Notes: a model not told the origin generated them from the sequence alone. Counted from the stretch's first letter, positions 1 to 8,634 are shown. The stretch: DNA of 30,917 nucleotides from a virus (IMGVR_UViG_3300027419_000078:1-30917), one strand, 5' to 3'. A program made the numbers and translations.

Positions 1-2
1 CC

Positions 3-1790
3 TTATTCGAAGATTCTACAAGACTATCTGTATACAAACAGGGATTAGCCAGTGGATTATCAAAGGAACGAGCGGCGTTTTTAGCGAAGGAAGCTTCAAT
101 CAATTTCAATCGAATGGGGAAAGGTGGTCCAGTCATCAATTCGCTTTATATGTTCTCAAATGCTTCGATCCAGGGTAGCGCGAAAATGATTTCTTCGATG
201 AAGGATCCGAAAGTTGCAGCCGCAGTATCACTTGCAATAGGAACGGCAGTTGCCGGAGTGAGTGAATGGAATGATTCGGTTGATCCGGAATGGAGAAGCA
301 GAATTTCAAAATGGGATAGGATGAACGGACTTCCAGTTATGCTCCCTTCAACAGAAGGAGATGTGAAATACTTCGTCATACCTGTTTCATGGGGAGTTAA
401 ACCAATAAAAGTGATGGCGGATTATGCTTATGACATGTTCTCAGGACAGGATGTGACAATAAAAAGCGCAGTGAATGATACAGCCATTGCAATGATAGAG
501 GCATACAATCCTGTTGGTGGTACGGATATTGTATCCGCTATGCTTCCAACTTTCCTAGATGTTCCGGTTGAAATAGCAAGAAATCAATCATGGAGTGGTA
601 GCCAGATACGACCTGATTGGGATTCAAACGCACCAAAAGATATTCAATACTTCGATTCTCTTGGGGAAACTAAAACAGGGCAAGTAGCAATATCGTTATC
701 GGAATTACTACATGAGAACCTAGACATTTCAGTTAGTCCGGCTGATATAAAATATGCTTATGATTCGTATATTGGAGGAGCCGGAAGGACGGCAAATAAA
801 TTCTTTAATTTGTTTGCGGGGATAGCAACTGGTGAAATACCAAGTGCTTCCGAATTCCCATTTATTTCCAGATTCTATAGAGAGAAAACAGCGGAAGAAG
901 TAGGGGTAGGAACTGGTGGTGGAACTGAAGCATTACAAAACTTACTAGAAGAACAAAGTAGGGGCAAGTTCACGCAGAAACAAGAAGCTCAAGCATTCTA
1001 TGATGAAGTTAAAGAACTCCCATTGGCAGAAGGTATCGCCAGAGTTGATCAATTGGAAAAGGAAAATCCTGAATTAAACGAATTAGTAAAGGGATTATAC
1101 GAAGACGATCAACTTGGATTAACCTATGAAGATAAACTAATCAAACAACTTGGAGTTGAGAACGGAGAGAGAGCGGCATACATCTTTGGTGAATTGAGTA
1201 ACTTCGGAACTGATGTCGAAAAGAATGCGTATGTCGCAGACCTACAAGATAAAGGAGTAATATCAGACAATGTATTCCAACAATTAAAAGACCTTAAAAA
1301 TGGGGTTGTAAAAGAATCCACACCTAAAGATAACCAAGTTAGCAGTGGGGAATATAATAAAAATACATCTGTCAGCGAGTTGAAATATGAAGCAAAAAAA
1401 GCAGAAGACGAAAAGTCCATGATAGAAATAGCGAAATTATATCTTGAAGCTATCCCTTCCGATCCACTTACGGCGATCAAAACCTTATTCACCCATGAAC
1501 AGTTGAGTGATGTCAGAGGTGGTACCGCAATAATGGAAAGAATTGTTCAGGGGATTGACCCGAATATAAGAATTGATCACATCATCCCTCTTGAGATTGG
1601 CGGCGATAATTCTGAAGACAATCTAAGAGCTGTTACCATCGAGGTTTGGGAGAAGAATACTCCGGTTGAAAATTATTTAGGTGGTCTATTAAACGAGAAT
1701 AAGATCAGCGAGAAAGAAGCAAAAGAAGCAATCACCGCATTCAAAAATGGCGAACTAACAGATACTGAAGTTTATTCGAATTACAAGTAG
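3..1790 (+). CDS. 5'-truncated large polyvalent/internal virion protein (LPD38-like region) with C-terminal HNH-like domain
   Basis: The frame is open from the window edge (LFEDSTRLSVYKQGLASGLSKERAAFLAKEASINFNRMGKGG), so ATG 114 is internal. This motif, the later PFISRFY and the position before the lysis genes resemble LPD38-family proteins. The C-terminus has DHIIPLEIGGDNSEDNL (HNH-like). Confidence 0.65.
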   Translation, partial: LFEDSTRLSVYKQGLASGLSKERAAFLAKEASINFNRMGKGGPVINSLYMFSNASIQGSAKMISSMKDPKVAAAVSLAIGTAVAGVSEWNDSVDPEWRSRISKWDRMNGLPVMLPSTEGDVKYFVIPVSWGVKPIKVMADYAYDMFSGQDVTIKSAVNDTAIAMIEAYNPVGGTDIVSAMLPTFLDVPVEIARNQSWSGSQIRPDWDSNAPKDIQYFDSLGETKTGQVAISLSELLHENLDISVSPADIKYAYDSYIGGAGRTANKFFNLFAGIATGEIPSASEFPFISRFYREKTAEEVGVGTGGGTEALQNLLEEQSRGKFTQKQEAQAFYDEVKELPLAEGIARVDQLEKENPELNELVKGLYEDDQLGLTYEDKLIKQLGVENGERAAYIFGELSNFGTDVEKNAYVADLQDKGVISDNVFQQLKDLKNGVVKESTPKDNQVSSGEYNKNTSVSELKYEAKKAEDEKSMIEIAKLYLEAIPSDPLTAIKTLFTHEQLSDVRGGTAIMERIVQGIDPNIRIDHIIPLEIGGDNSEDNLRAVTIEVWEKNTPVENYLGGLLNENKISEKEAKEAITAFKNGELTDTEVYSNYK

Positions 1791-1799
1791 TGGTATAAT
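1791..1799 (+). promoter_or_regulatory. extended -10 promoter (TG-G-TATAAT) for lysis genes
   Basis: TGGTATAAT lies directly after the stop of the large ORF, 24 nt before the endolysin ATG. Confidence 0.5.
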
Positions 1800-1823
1800 A
1801 ATCAATATAATTAACCCTTAATT

Positions 1824-2450
1824 ATGTACCCAACAAAATTTACGACACCTCTTCTCGGATTAGACTGGTTAGAATGGTATCCAAAACATAATGTTTGGCA
1901 TCCCGGAGTTGACCTAGGTCTTGCCGGAACTACCGACTTAGGGAATGAAGTCACGGTAATCCGTCACGGTTTTGTTGAATACGTGCATAGTAACCTGCTC
2001 ACAAGTAGCGGATTCGGCAGATTTGTTATCATTCAACATGATGACGGCAATTTCACTAGATATGCGCATTTACAATCGGTATTGGTAAAGGAATTTGAGG
2101 AGGTTGCGTTAGGACAAAGAATAGGCACTTTAGGGGGATCCGGGACGACTGAATCTTCTTGTTCGCCTCACTTGCACATGGAAGTGTTTAAACCTTCAAT
2201 GGCGGAGATACAACGAAAGCACTGGAAGCCTTTTAGATATTACCCATCAGGTAAGGACAAGACTTACATTCAGGAACATTTCATTAACCCATGGAATTAT
2301 ATGGATGGAAAATTAGAAGGATGGCAAAAAACAACAGTCGATTACTTCAAAGACCTAGGCGTGATTTCAGATACGACAAACTGGACCAATGATCAGGTTC
2401 GCGTACTCGAGGTCATGCGCAAGTTAGATTTATTTCGTAACAAAAAATAA
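1824..2450 (+). CDS. M23 family peptidase (endolysin)
   Basis: HPGVD (HxxxD), GFGRFVIIQH, TRYAHL and PHLHMEV (HxH) are M23 zinc-peptidase motifs. Confidence 0.9.
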   Translation: MYPTKFTTPLLGLDWLEWYPKHNVWHPGVDLGLAGTTDLGNEVTVIRHGFVEYVHSNLLTSSGFGRFVIIQHDDGNFTRYAHLQSVLVKEFEEVALGQRIGTLGGSGTTESSCSPHLHMEVFKPSMAEIQRKHWKPFRYYPSGKDKTYIQEHFINPWNYMDGKLEGWQKTTVDYFKDLGVISDTTNWTNDQVRVLEVMRKLDLFRNKK

Positions 2451-2451
2451 C

Positions 2452-2715
2452 ATGACAAATAAAAAGAACTGGTTTATCAGGATGCTGGAAGAATACAGGG
2501 TGACGGCAAAGTATCTTAAAGACAACTTTCCACAACTCTTTTCGTTTGCTAAAACATTGGTGGCAATTCTTTTATCGGAGCTTACCACCTACCTGCTTTC
2601 TCCTGATTCACTCCCTGTAATAACGATCGGCAATATATTCCTGATGGCGATAAGAGTTGTCATCACGGCAATTACATACCAAACTAGAATAGAAGCTAAA
2701 CCTTCAAAGATATAA
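2452..2715 (+). CDS. probable holin / small membrane protein
   Basis: 87 aa with two hydrophobic segments and a basic C-terminus; immediately follows the endolysin. Confidence 0.55.
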   Translation: MTNKKNWFIRMLEEYRVTAKYLKDNFPQLFSFAKTLVAILLSELTTYLLSPDSLPVITIGNIFLMAIRVVITAITYQTRIEAKPSKI

Positions 2716-2739
2716 CTCAGACCGTAAAAGGTTTCCGAG

Positions 2740-2769
2740 TCAAAAAGATCCTCACGGGGATTTTTTTGA
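2740..2769 (+). terminator. intrinsic terminator, likely bidirectional
   Basis: TCAAAAAGATCCTCACGGGGATTTTTTTGA: a hairpin flanked by an A tract and a T7 tract, after the lysis cassette. Confidence 0.75.
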
Positions 2770-2831
2770 TTAACAACACTTCTTTCGCAATACCTGTCAA
2801 CAAGAAAGATTCACAATTCACAACAACCAAA

Positions 2832-2979
2832 TTGTGCAAAACCTGTGCATAAGTCGGGGTACTATGTGCAAAACTTTCGCCTGACTTTTGCACATGGGGT
2901 ATCGACTTTTGCACAATTTGACGAAAACACGGTGCAAAACTTTTGATCATTTTGGCACTTTTGCACAGGTTTTGCACAA
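2832..2979. repeat. 18-bp perfect inverted repeat bracketing the box cluster
   Basis: TTGTGCAAAACCTGTGCA (2832-2849) pairs with TGCACAGGTTTTGCACAA (2962-2979); extends to 22/23. Confidence 0.9.
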
Positions 2980-3116
2980 ACAAAACGCCAAAATGTTTTA
3001 TACGACTTCCGTTAAGGGCGTATTTTGGGTGATAGAACATTCACCCTCTACTACTACTATCTTAATTATGTAGGGGGATTTAGTTAGTAGTATATAAGTA
3101 AATACTTTAAATATAA
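2832..3116. promoter_or_regulatory. putative replication origin: DnaA-box cluster, DnaA-trio-like repeats and AT-rich tract
   Basis: TTWTNCACA matches at 2833, 2844, 2865 (minus) and 2886, 2907, 2959, 2970 (plus), with a 1-mismatch copy at 2931. (CTA)4 at 3048-3059 is followed by AT-rich DNA. Confidence 0.7.
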
Positions 3117-3207
3117 GACGCGAATTCGCGAAAATCTGCGAACAGGAACTTGACATTGCAATCAAGTTCCCTTATTAAGTTCGCATGTATTCACAACACA
3201 AACACTA

Positions 3208-3956
3208 TGACACAAAGTAAACACGCATTGCAAGTAAATGAAGCCGTAAGACCCGGGATAGATCCGGAACAGTGGATGCCCATATCAATTGCATCTGCTT
3301 CTGTTGGGATCTCAAAAGATGCCATGTATAAGTTGCTTCGATCCTATCCGGAAATTAAAGCGAAATACTGCAAGAAGATAAGGATTAACGGACAACCTGT
3401 TACCCATATACAAAACAAGGGGATTGTCGTTCTTTTCACCACAAAGGATGATCGTAGGGATTTGCACACAGTAGAGGCTGACTATAATGTCTCCAAAAGC
3501 AAGAAAGCCAAACAACAACTTGCAGAAACGGCAATTAACTCGGCTGATATGGTAAACATACCAAAACAAATATATTTCGACATGGTTAGTCGAATGCAGG
3601 GGATTGAGAATACCTTAATTGAATTAAAAAACACATTGGCGTTACCAGCAAATGCTGTTCCTGAATACGAGAAGCGATTAGACGAGTTGGAGTTCGCCGT
3701 TAAACCTTTTGAGAAAAACCTCATGACGGATAGTCAAAGGAAATATTTAAACTCAAAGGTCCGGGAATATGGGGTGAAGACCGGTCATGAGATCCGCGAT
3801 GTGTGGATATACATTCATAATTTGCTAGGAAAGTCCTCAGTCGACAAATACTCCGCGTTTGACTATTCTACAGCAATTGGAATACTTAGAAGAAGATATT
3901 TAAGCATTGGATTGGCATGGAAGACACCGATAGAAGAAGACCGAATTGAGTATTAA
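3208..3956 (+). CDS. DNA-binding protein: N-terminal HTH-like region, coiled coil, C-terminal ORF6C-like domain (antirepressor-like)
   Basis: WMPISIASASVGISKDAMYKLL is HTH-like; MTDSQRKYLNSKV...DYSTAIGIL resembles ORF6C. Start moved from TTG 3150 (part of a TTGACA) to ATG 3208, which follows a TTCACAAC leader. Confidence 0.55.
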
Positions 3957-3958
3957 GA

Positions 3959-3988
3959 TTGACAATATATTAACATAAAGTTTACAAT
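3959..3988 (+). promoter_or_regulatory. sigma70-type promoter
   Basis: TTGACA (3959-3964), 18 bp spacer, TACAAT (3983-3988). Confidence 0.55.
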
Positions 3989-3992
3989 AACG

Positions 3993-4235
3993 GTGTTGAA
4001 TAAAGAACAGTTAAAAATAAGTAAGCGGTTATTTAAGTATTTCATGGAGAGGAAATGGGAAGAGGGATATGCGAAGACTAAGATTGTCGAGATTTTGAAT
4101 ACTTGCGACATTGATGTTATCGAGAAAGAAATGTGCAAAAAGGGTGCGGAATATGTTGAAACATTTCTCAAATCACTTATTAACTCTCAAAAAAGAAAAG
4201 ATGAAAATAAGAAATCACATCAAGCAGGCGTATAA
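3993..4235 (+). CDS. hypothetical protein
   Basis: 80-aa ORF with a GTG start just after the promoter (possibly leaderless); no recognised family. Confidence 0.5.
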   Translation: MLNKEQLKISKRLFKYFMERKWEEGYAKTKIVEILNTCDIDVIEKEMCKKGAEYVETFLKSLINSQKRKDENKKSHQAGV

Positions 4236-4506
4236 AGAAGCCGGATTCACTCTTCTTACATTCTGTGATGCATTGCGCGCATGGGAGACGAGCCATAAGA
4301 TCAGACTATTGCCTTTGAAGATCAGGGTCGCAAAAAACAAGACAACGCTTATTAAATACGCCAACAACCCAAGAGGCAAACAGCCAAATTTCATTACAAG
4401 GAAGGCAATGGCGGATGTAACCGGATGGGATGTAACGGATTTGTTCGAGGTCATAGACAATAGAAATAGTCAATTAGTCAAGGTGGATTGTGTAAAAAAC
4501 AGTTGA
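4201..4506 (+). CDS. Cro/XRE-like HTH regulator
   Basis: From ATG 4201: MKIRNHIKQAYKEAGFTL...KTTLIKYANNPRGKQPNFITRKAMADVTGWDVTDLF, an XRE-type pattern with an insertion. Confidence 0.6.
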   Translation: MKIRNHIKQAYKEAGFTLLTFCDALRAWETSHKIRLLPLKIRVAKNKTTLIKYANNPRGKQPNFITRKAMADVTGWDVTDLFEVIDNRNSQLVKVDCVKNS

Positions 4507-4547
4507 CTTTAAACCCAGAAGGAATATATTGGTAGTGTATTCATAAC
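4494..4547 (+). promoter_or_regulatory. repeated early promoter cassette, copy 1
   Basis: AAAAAACAG-TTGACT(4503)-16 bp-TATATT(4525)-6 bp-GTATTCATAAC. Confidence 0.75.
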
Positions 4548-4557
4548 CCAAACCAGT

Positions 4558-4731
4558 ATGATTCAAAACTATTGCTATGACAGTCACGGTACTTGTGATG
4601 AGGAGACATGCGACTGTAACAAGGAGAAGTGTAATGTGTGTGGATACTTGTTCTACAAAGAAGATGGATGCAAGCATTGCGCAGGTCATAGATTATTCAT
4701 GCCTCTTTCGTTTTTCTTGAAAAATTCATAA
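4558..4731 (+). CDS. small Cys-rich (metal-binding) protein, absent from ORF track
   Basis: MIQNYCYDSHGTCDEETCDCNKEKCNVCGYLFYKEDGCKHCAGHRLFMPLSFFLKNS (57 aa, 8 Cys), directly behind the promoter and a TAACC leader. Confidence 0.65.
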   Translation: MIQNYCYDSHGTCDEETCDCNKEKCNVCGYLFYKEDGCKHCAGHRLFMPLSFFLKNS

Positions 4732-4741
4732 CCCCAATGCC

Positions 4742-5578
4742 ATGTCAGAAACAAGTTTAGTCACAGTAGATTCATTCCGGCAGGTTCTACTTTCCAAGAA
4801 AGCCGCCCTCAATAATTTTCTCGGAAGTGAAAAGAACGCATTGAGATTCATGTCAGCAGTTGCGCATTGCATACAGACGACTCCAAAACTTCTTGATTGC
4901 ACTCGGGAAAGTCTTATGGGTGCATTCATGACAGCGGCTTCGCTTAATCTTTACCCGGGTGGGAACGGAGGGGATTGCTACATCCTCCCGTATAGGTCTA
5001 AAGCCGGGACTCAAGCGCAATTCCAGATTGGTTACAGAGGATTCAAAACTTTAGCGTATCGATCCGGCATATTGCGATGCGGTACTGAGGTTGTTTACGC
5101 GAACGATAAATTCAGCCAGGAGCTCGGCACGATTCAGAAGTTGATTCATATACCGGCGACTGGAGAAAGAGGCGATGCGATAGGTGCCTATGCGTGGTCA
5201 GAGGTTACGCAGGGGAATATCGTTTTCAAGTATATGACAAGGGATCAGGTGATGGAAATTAAAAAAACATCAAAGTCTAAGGACAGCCAATATAGTCCCT
5301 GGAACGCAAACGATCCGGAAAAATGGATGTGGCAAAAAACCTCATTCAAACAACTTGCCAAGTTATTGCCAACATCAGACGACTTGGACCGCGCAGTACA
5401 TTTAGATAATGTAAGCGAACGGGGTGGATACATTAAGAGCGAGAACGAAATAGTAGAGGCTCCGTTTGAAGATCCGGAGGTTAAGATCGGTGCCGTAAAA
5501 GATCAGAAGCAGACGCTAAGAGAGAAGAAAAAAGAAACTAGTCCAATCCAGTCAACTCCTGTTGCAAAAAACAGTTGA
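4742..5578 (+). CDS. recT: RecT single-strand annealing recombinase
   Basis: PKLLDCTRESLMGAFMTAASLNL, CYILPY, AQFQIGYRG, AYRSG, SPW and MWQKT are RecT-family motifs. Confidence 0.92.
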   Translation: MSETSLVTVDSFRQVLLSKKAALNNFLGSEKNALRFMSAVAHCIQTTPKLLDCTRESLMGAFMTAASLNLYPGGNGGDCYILPYRSKAGTQAQFQIGYRGFKTLAYRSGILRCGTEVVYANDKFSQELGTIQKLIHIPATGERGDAIGAYAWSEVTQGNIVFKYMTRDQVMEIKKTSKSKDSQYSPWNANDPEKWMWQKTSFKQLAKLLPTSDDLDRAVHLDNVSERGGYIKSENEIVEAPFEDPEVKIGAVKDQKQTLREKKKETSPIQSTPVAKNS

Positions 5579-5619
5579 CTTTAAATCTAAAGAGATTACG
5601 CTGTTCTTGTATTCATAAT
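5566..5619 (+). promoter_or_regulatory. repeated early promoter cassette, copy 2
   Basis: AAAAAACAG-TTGACT(5575)-16 bp-TACGCT(5597)-6 bp-GTATTCATAAT. Confidence 0.7.
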
Positions 5620-5627
5620 ACAACAAA

Positions 5628-5819
5628 ATGCATTCAGAGTTTGTTGCAAATCTATTCATCAGTGTAATGGCAATTATATTGTTGTTTCTTTTATTATTTA
5701 TGCTTTTCGGAACCGGATTCTTTTTACTTTATATTATTCATAACCCAAAAACACATGAACCAATTCGCACTACTTCCGATGGATCAGATGGAAAACCATC
5801 TGTCGAATTACCTGATTGA
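5628..5819 (+). CDS. small membrane protein
   Basis: 63 aa with a ~30-residue hydrophobic stretch; first ORF behind promoter copy 2; 3' end overlaps the next gene. Confidence 0.55.
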   Translation: MHSEFVANLFISVMAIILLFLLLFMLFGTGFFLLYIIHNPKTHEPIRTTSDGSDGKPSVELPD

Positions 5820-7875
5820 ACACTGGTCAATCAGTGGAGTGAATACCTTCATCAGAAACGAGAAGGCATTCGAGAGGTATTATGTCTTCAAGGACATCAC
5901 GGAGCAGGGAGAGTCTTCTTCGCGAGTAATCGGGAAATGTTATCATGAGGTATTGCAGATGTTTTTCGAGGAATGGCGAGACCGCGGAGAGAAATGCACG
6001 ATTGAGAAACTTCTCGACAAGGCATACCGCAAACTCGATGAAACCGATATGGAGGATTTTAAGGATTATGTAAATAAAACTCCGGTACAGGTAAGGGATG
6101 ATTGCCAGAAGAAGATCAATAATCTTATCGTCCAGTTCCTTCAAGAAGTTGACATCTATTTGCAGGACATAAAGGAGATTATCTTTATTGAACAGCCGAT
6201 AACGGAATTCATTACTCTCAATGGAATCGATATCCCATTACCTATCAAGTTAATTCCGGATGTGATTTATATCAACAACAATGATGAGTTGTGCGGATTG
6301 GATCATAAGTCGAAGAGTTCCTATACAAAAGACGGCGAGAGGCATTTACATTTTGCCTATCAATCAACCGGATATGACAAGGGGATATCTGAACATCTTA
6401 TGCGCTCGGAATACGCACAGTTACGCAGGAAATATCCAAAGATTGCCGAGGGGATGAAATGGTTTCGTTTCTATGAAAACAAATACACAAAGAATCGCGA
6501 TGGATCACCTCAGGTATTGGCTCAGATAGTAGATATCAATGCAACGCGAGGATTATACGAGGCGATGTTGTTTGAGCCGGTATGGAGAATTATGCAAGCC
6601 GTAAAAGATCCGGATTATGTTTATCTCATGAATCCAATGGACTTCTTTGAGGACGGCGGAGAGATAGTGGATTTCTGGGTAAAGACTCATCTTGATGATT
6701 TAAGCGAGTTTCAGAATCTCAGCGAGAATCAGAAGTTAATCTTGAAACAGCGCAAGAATCAGGTTGCGAAGACAGCACTCTCCAAAGTTCCAAGAAGTGT
6801 TGTCGAGGCATTGAAAGGGAACAAAAATTTTATATCCTTTGATTACAAAAATATGTTAGACAAAGAACCAACCGAGCGCATCAAGCTCATACTCAGATCA
6901 TTCAATCTCAATGCAGATGTTAAGCAAGTTGTTGAAGGTTATTCGTGTGATACTTACTTGTTGCAGGTCGGCGTGGGTACGAAAATCTCGAAGATAGCAA
7001 CATGCAAACTTGATATAGCACAGGTCTTGGGAGTCGAGACGGTCCGTATATCACCGGACTTGGTAAGATACAACGGAGAATCTTATCTCGCAATCGAGGT
7101 AAATAAGGACAATCGAAGACCGGCTGTCTTAACCGATCAGTACATCACGGATGGAATGGCATTGCCTATAGGTCTTGATAACTTCTCGAATTTAATCGAA
7201 TGGGATATAAGCAACCCTTCAACACCTCATTTAATGCTCTCCGGCGCGTCAGGGAGTGGAAAGTCGGTGGCAATACGCTCAATGGTCCATGTTGCACTTA
7301 AAAAAGGAATTAAGGTTGCAATCCTTGATCCAAAAAATGAATTCACGGATCTTGCCGATCAATGCGAGGTGTATTCAGAACAAGACGAGATCGAAACATT
7401 TATTGGTTTAAAGGTTCTCGAAATGGATGATCACTTCAGGAATAAGGGCGGATCCTCAAATCCAAAGAAACAAGTTATATTCTTTGATGAGGTTGCAGAT
7501 TGCTTGGCAAGACAGAGGATGACAGAAGATGTCGAAGTTACTCTTGGCAATTTCAGTAATGGTAACGAAAGGAAGTCGGTCCGAAAGAACAAACAGTTTA
7601 AGACGCTTGAGCAGAATCTTCTCATCCTTGGTCAAAAAGCTCGTTCGGCTGGTATTCACTTGGTTCTTGCCGCGCAAAGATTCTCGACTAAGATTTTAAC
7701 CGGCGATGTTAAAGCCAATTTCACGATCAGGCTTGCACTTACTGCCGCGAAAGCTGTCGATTCATTCGTCATGATTGATGAAGAAGGTGCTGAGAAATTA
7801 AACGGGAAGGGTGACGGCTTGATCGTATCTCCAACGCTCAAGGTAACAACAAGAGTTCAGTGTTTCAGCCTGTAA
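5755..7875 (+). CDS. PD-(D/E)XK nuclease fused to FtsK/SpoIIIE motor domain
   Basis: N-terminus: HWSISGVNTF, IGKCYHEVL, E..PD...LDHKS...Q..GY (RecB/PDDEXK_1-like). C-terminus: LPIGLD, PHLMLSGASGSGKS (Walker A), VIFFDEVAD (Walker B), KARSAGIHLVLAAQR and GAEKLNGKGDGL (FtsK). Confidence 0.85.
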   Translation: MNQFALLPMDQMENHLSNYLIEHWSISGVNTFIRNEKAFERYYVFKDITEQGESSSRVIGKCYHEVLQMFFEEWRDRGEKCTIEKLLDKAYRKLDETDMEDFKDYVNKTPVQVRDDCQKKINNLIVQFLQEVDIYLQDIKEIIFIEQPITEFITLNGIDIPLPIKLIPDVIYINNNDELCGLDHKSKSSYTKDGERHLHFAYQSTGYDKGISEHLMRSEYAQLRRKYPKIAEGMKWFRFYENKYTKNRDGSPQVLAQIVDINATRGLYEAMLFEPVWRIMQAVKDPDYVYLMNPMDFFEDGGEIVDFWVKTHLDDLSEFQNLSENQKLILKQRKNQVAKTALSKVPRSVVEALKGNKNFISFDYKNMLDKEPTERIKLILRSFNLNADVKQVVEGYSCDTYLLQVGVGTKISKIATCKLDIAQVLGVETVRISPDLVRYNGESYLAIEVNKDNRRPAVLTDQYITDGMALPIGLDNFSNLIEWDISNPSTPHLMLSGASGSGKSVAIRSMVHVALKKGIKVAILDPKNEFTDLADQCEVYSEQDEIETFIGLKVLEMDDHFRNKGGSSNPKKQVIFFDEVADCLARQRMTEDVEVTLGNFSNGNERKSVRKNKQFKTLEQNLLILGQKARSAGIHLVLAAQRFSTKILTGDVKANFTIRLALTAAKAVDSFVMIDEEGAEKLNGKGDGLIVSPTLKVTTRVQCFSL

Positions 7876-7884
7876 CCCAACAAG

Positions 7885-8379
7885 ATGACTAAATTTATAT
7901 TTGGAAGGAAGTCTAATGCATTCAGTAAGAAAAAAAGAAGTTGTTATATCAAGGCTTACGACACGGCATTCTCTCAGTATATCAAGACACGTGACTGCTT
8001 AATGACAAGTGGTTCAACTCGTTACGGATTCTGTATAACATGTGGAGGTAGTTGCTCGCGTGTCTATGATGAGAGTATTGATCCAAAACGCTGTGGCACA
8101 AACGGGCATTACATCGCAAGGGCAAACATGTTCTTGCGATACGATCTCCGGAATAACAATTTGCAATGCCGGTATTGCAACGACTTCTTACAGAATGCAG
8201 GCTGGGTGAAAGAAGCCTATCGTGAAGCACTGGATAAGAAATGGGGAGCTGGGACTGCACAACTACTTGAAGATTCCCGTTTTATCATGACGAAACTAAG
8301 TCGTACTGAGATGGAGGAGAAGACGGAATACTATAAAGAAGAAATCGCAATACTATTCAAACAGTTTGGCGAGATGTAA
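7885..8379 (+). CDS. ninG: NinG/Rap-family recombination endonuclease
   Basis: FSQYIKTRD, CITCG, GHYIAR and LRYDLRNNNLQCRYCN match the lambda NinG pattern. Confidence 0.85.
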   Translation: MTKFIFGRKSNAFSKKKRSCYIKAYDTAFSQYIKTRDCLMTSGSTRYGFCITCGGSCSRVYDESIDPKRCGTNGHYIARANMFLRYDLRNNNLQCRYCNDFLQNAGWVKEAYREALDKKWGAGTAQLLEDSRFIMTKLSRTEMEEKTEYYKEEIAILFKQFGEM

Positions 8380-8383
8380 AGTC

Positions 8384-8436
8384 AAAAATAGTTGACTTTA
8401 TGAGATTGACATGTATATTGATAGCGTATTCATAAC
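8384..8436 (+). promoter_or_regulatory. repeated early promoter cassette, copy 3
   Basis: AAAAATAG-TTGACT(8392)-16 bp-TATATT(8414)-6 bp-GTATTCATAAC. Confidence 0.75.
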
Positions 8437-8445
8437 AAACAAAAA

Positions 8446-8622
8446 ATGTACCAAAACAAAACAGATCATAAATTGGCGGCAGTAGTAGTTGCCGGAATCG
8501 TTATTTTGGTAGTCACCATGCTAATTGATACGGCAAGGGGTGCGTATCTGAGTTGGAAAACGAATCAGGTTTATGAAGTATGCGATCAGTTCGAGCATTA
8601 TTCGGATTGTCCTATTCTTTAA
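8446..8622 (+). CDS. small single-pass membrane protein, absent from ORF track
   Basis: MYQNKTDHKLAAVVVAGIVILVVTMLIDTARGAYLSWKTNQVYEVCDQFEHYSDCPIL (58 aa), behind promoter copy 3. Confidence 0.65.
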   Translation: MYQNKTDHKLAAVVVAGIVILVVTMLIDTARGAYLSWKTNQVYEVCDQFEHYSDCPIL

Positions 8623-8634
8623 TGTCAAAATAAA

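Noticed and set aside
2832-2979. CRISPR array or transposon ends
   Set aside because: Repeats are 9-mers in both orientations with 2-19 bp gaps; no cas or transposase gene is seen.
2717-3073. ORFs 2717..3040 (-) and 2888..3073 (+)
   Set aside because: Their repetitive VQK/LHN peptides are translations of the 9-mer box array; they overlap the terminator and origin-like DNA.
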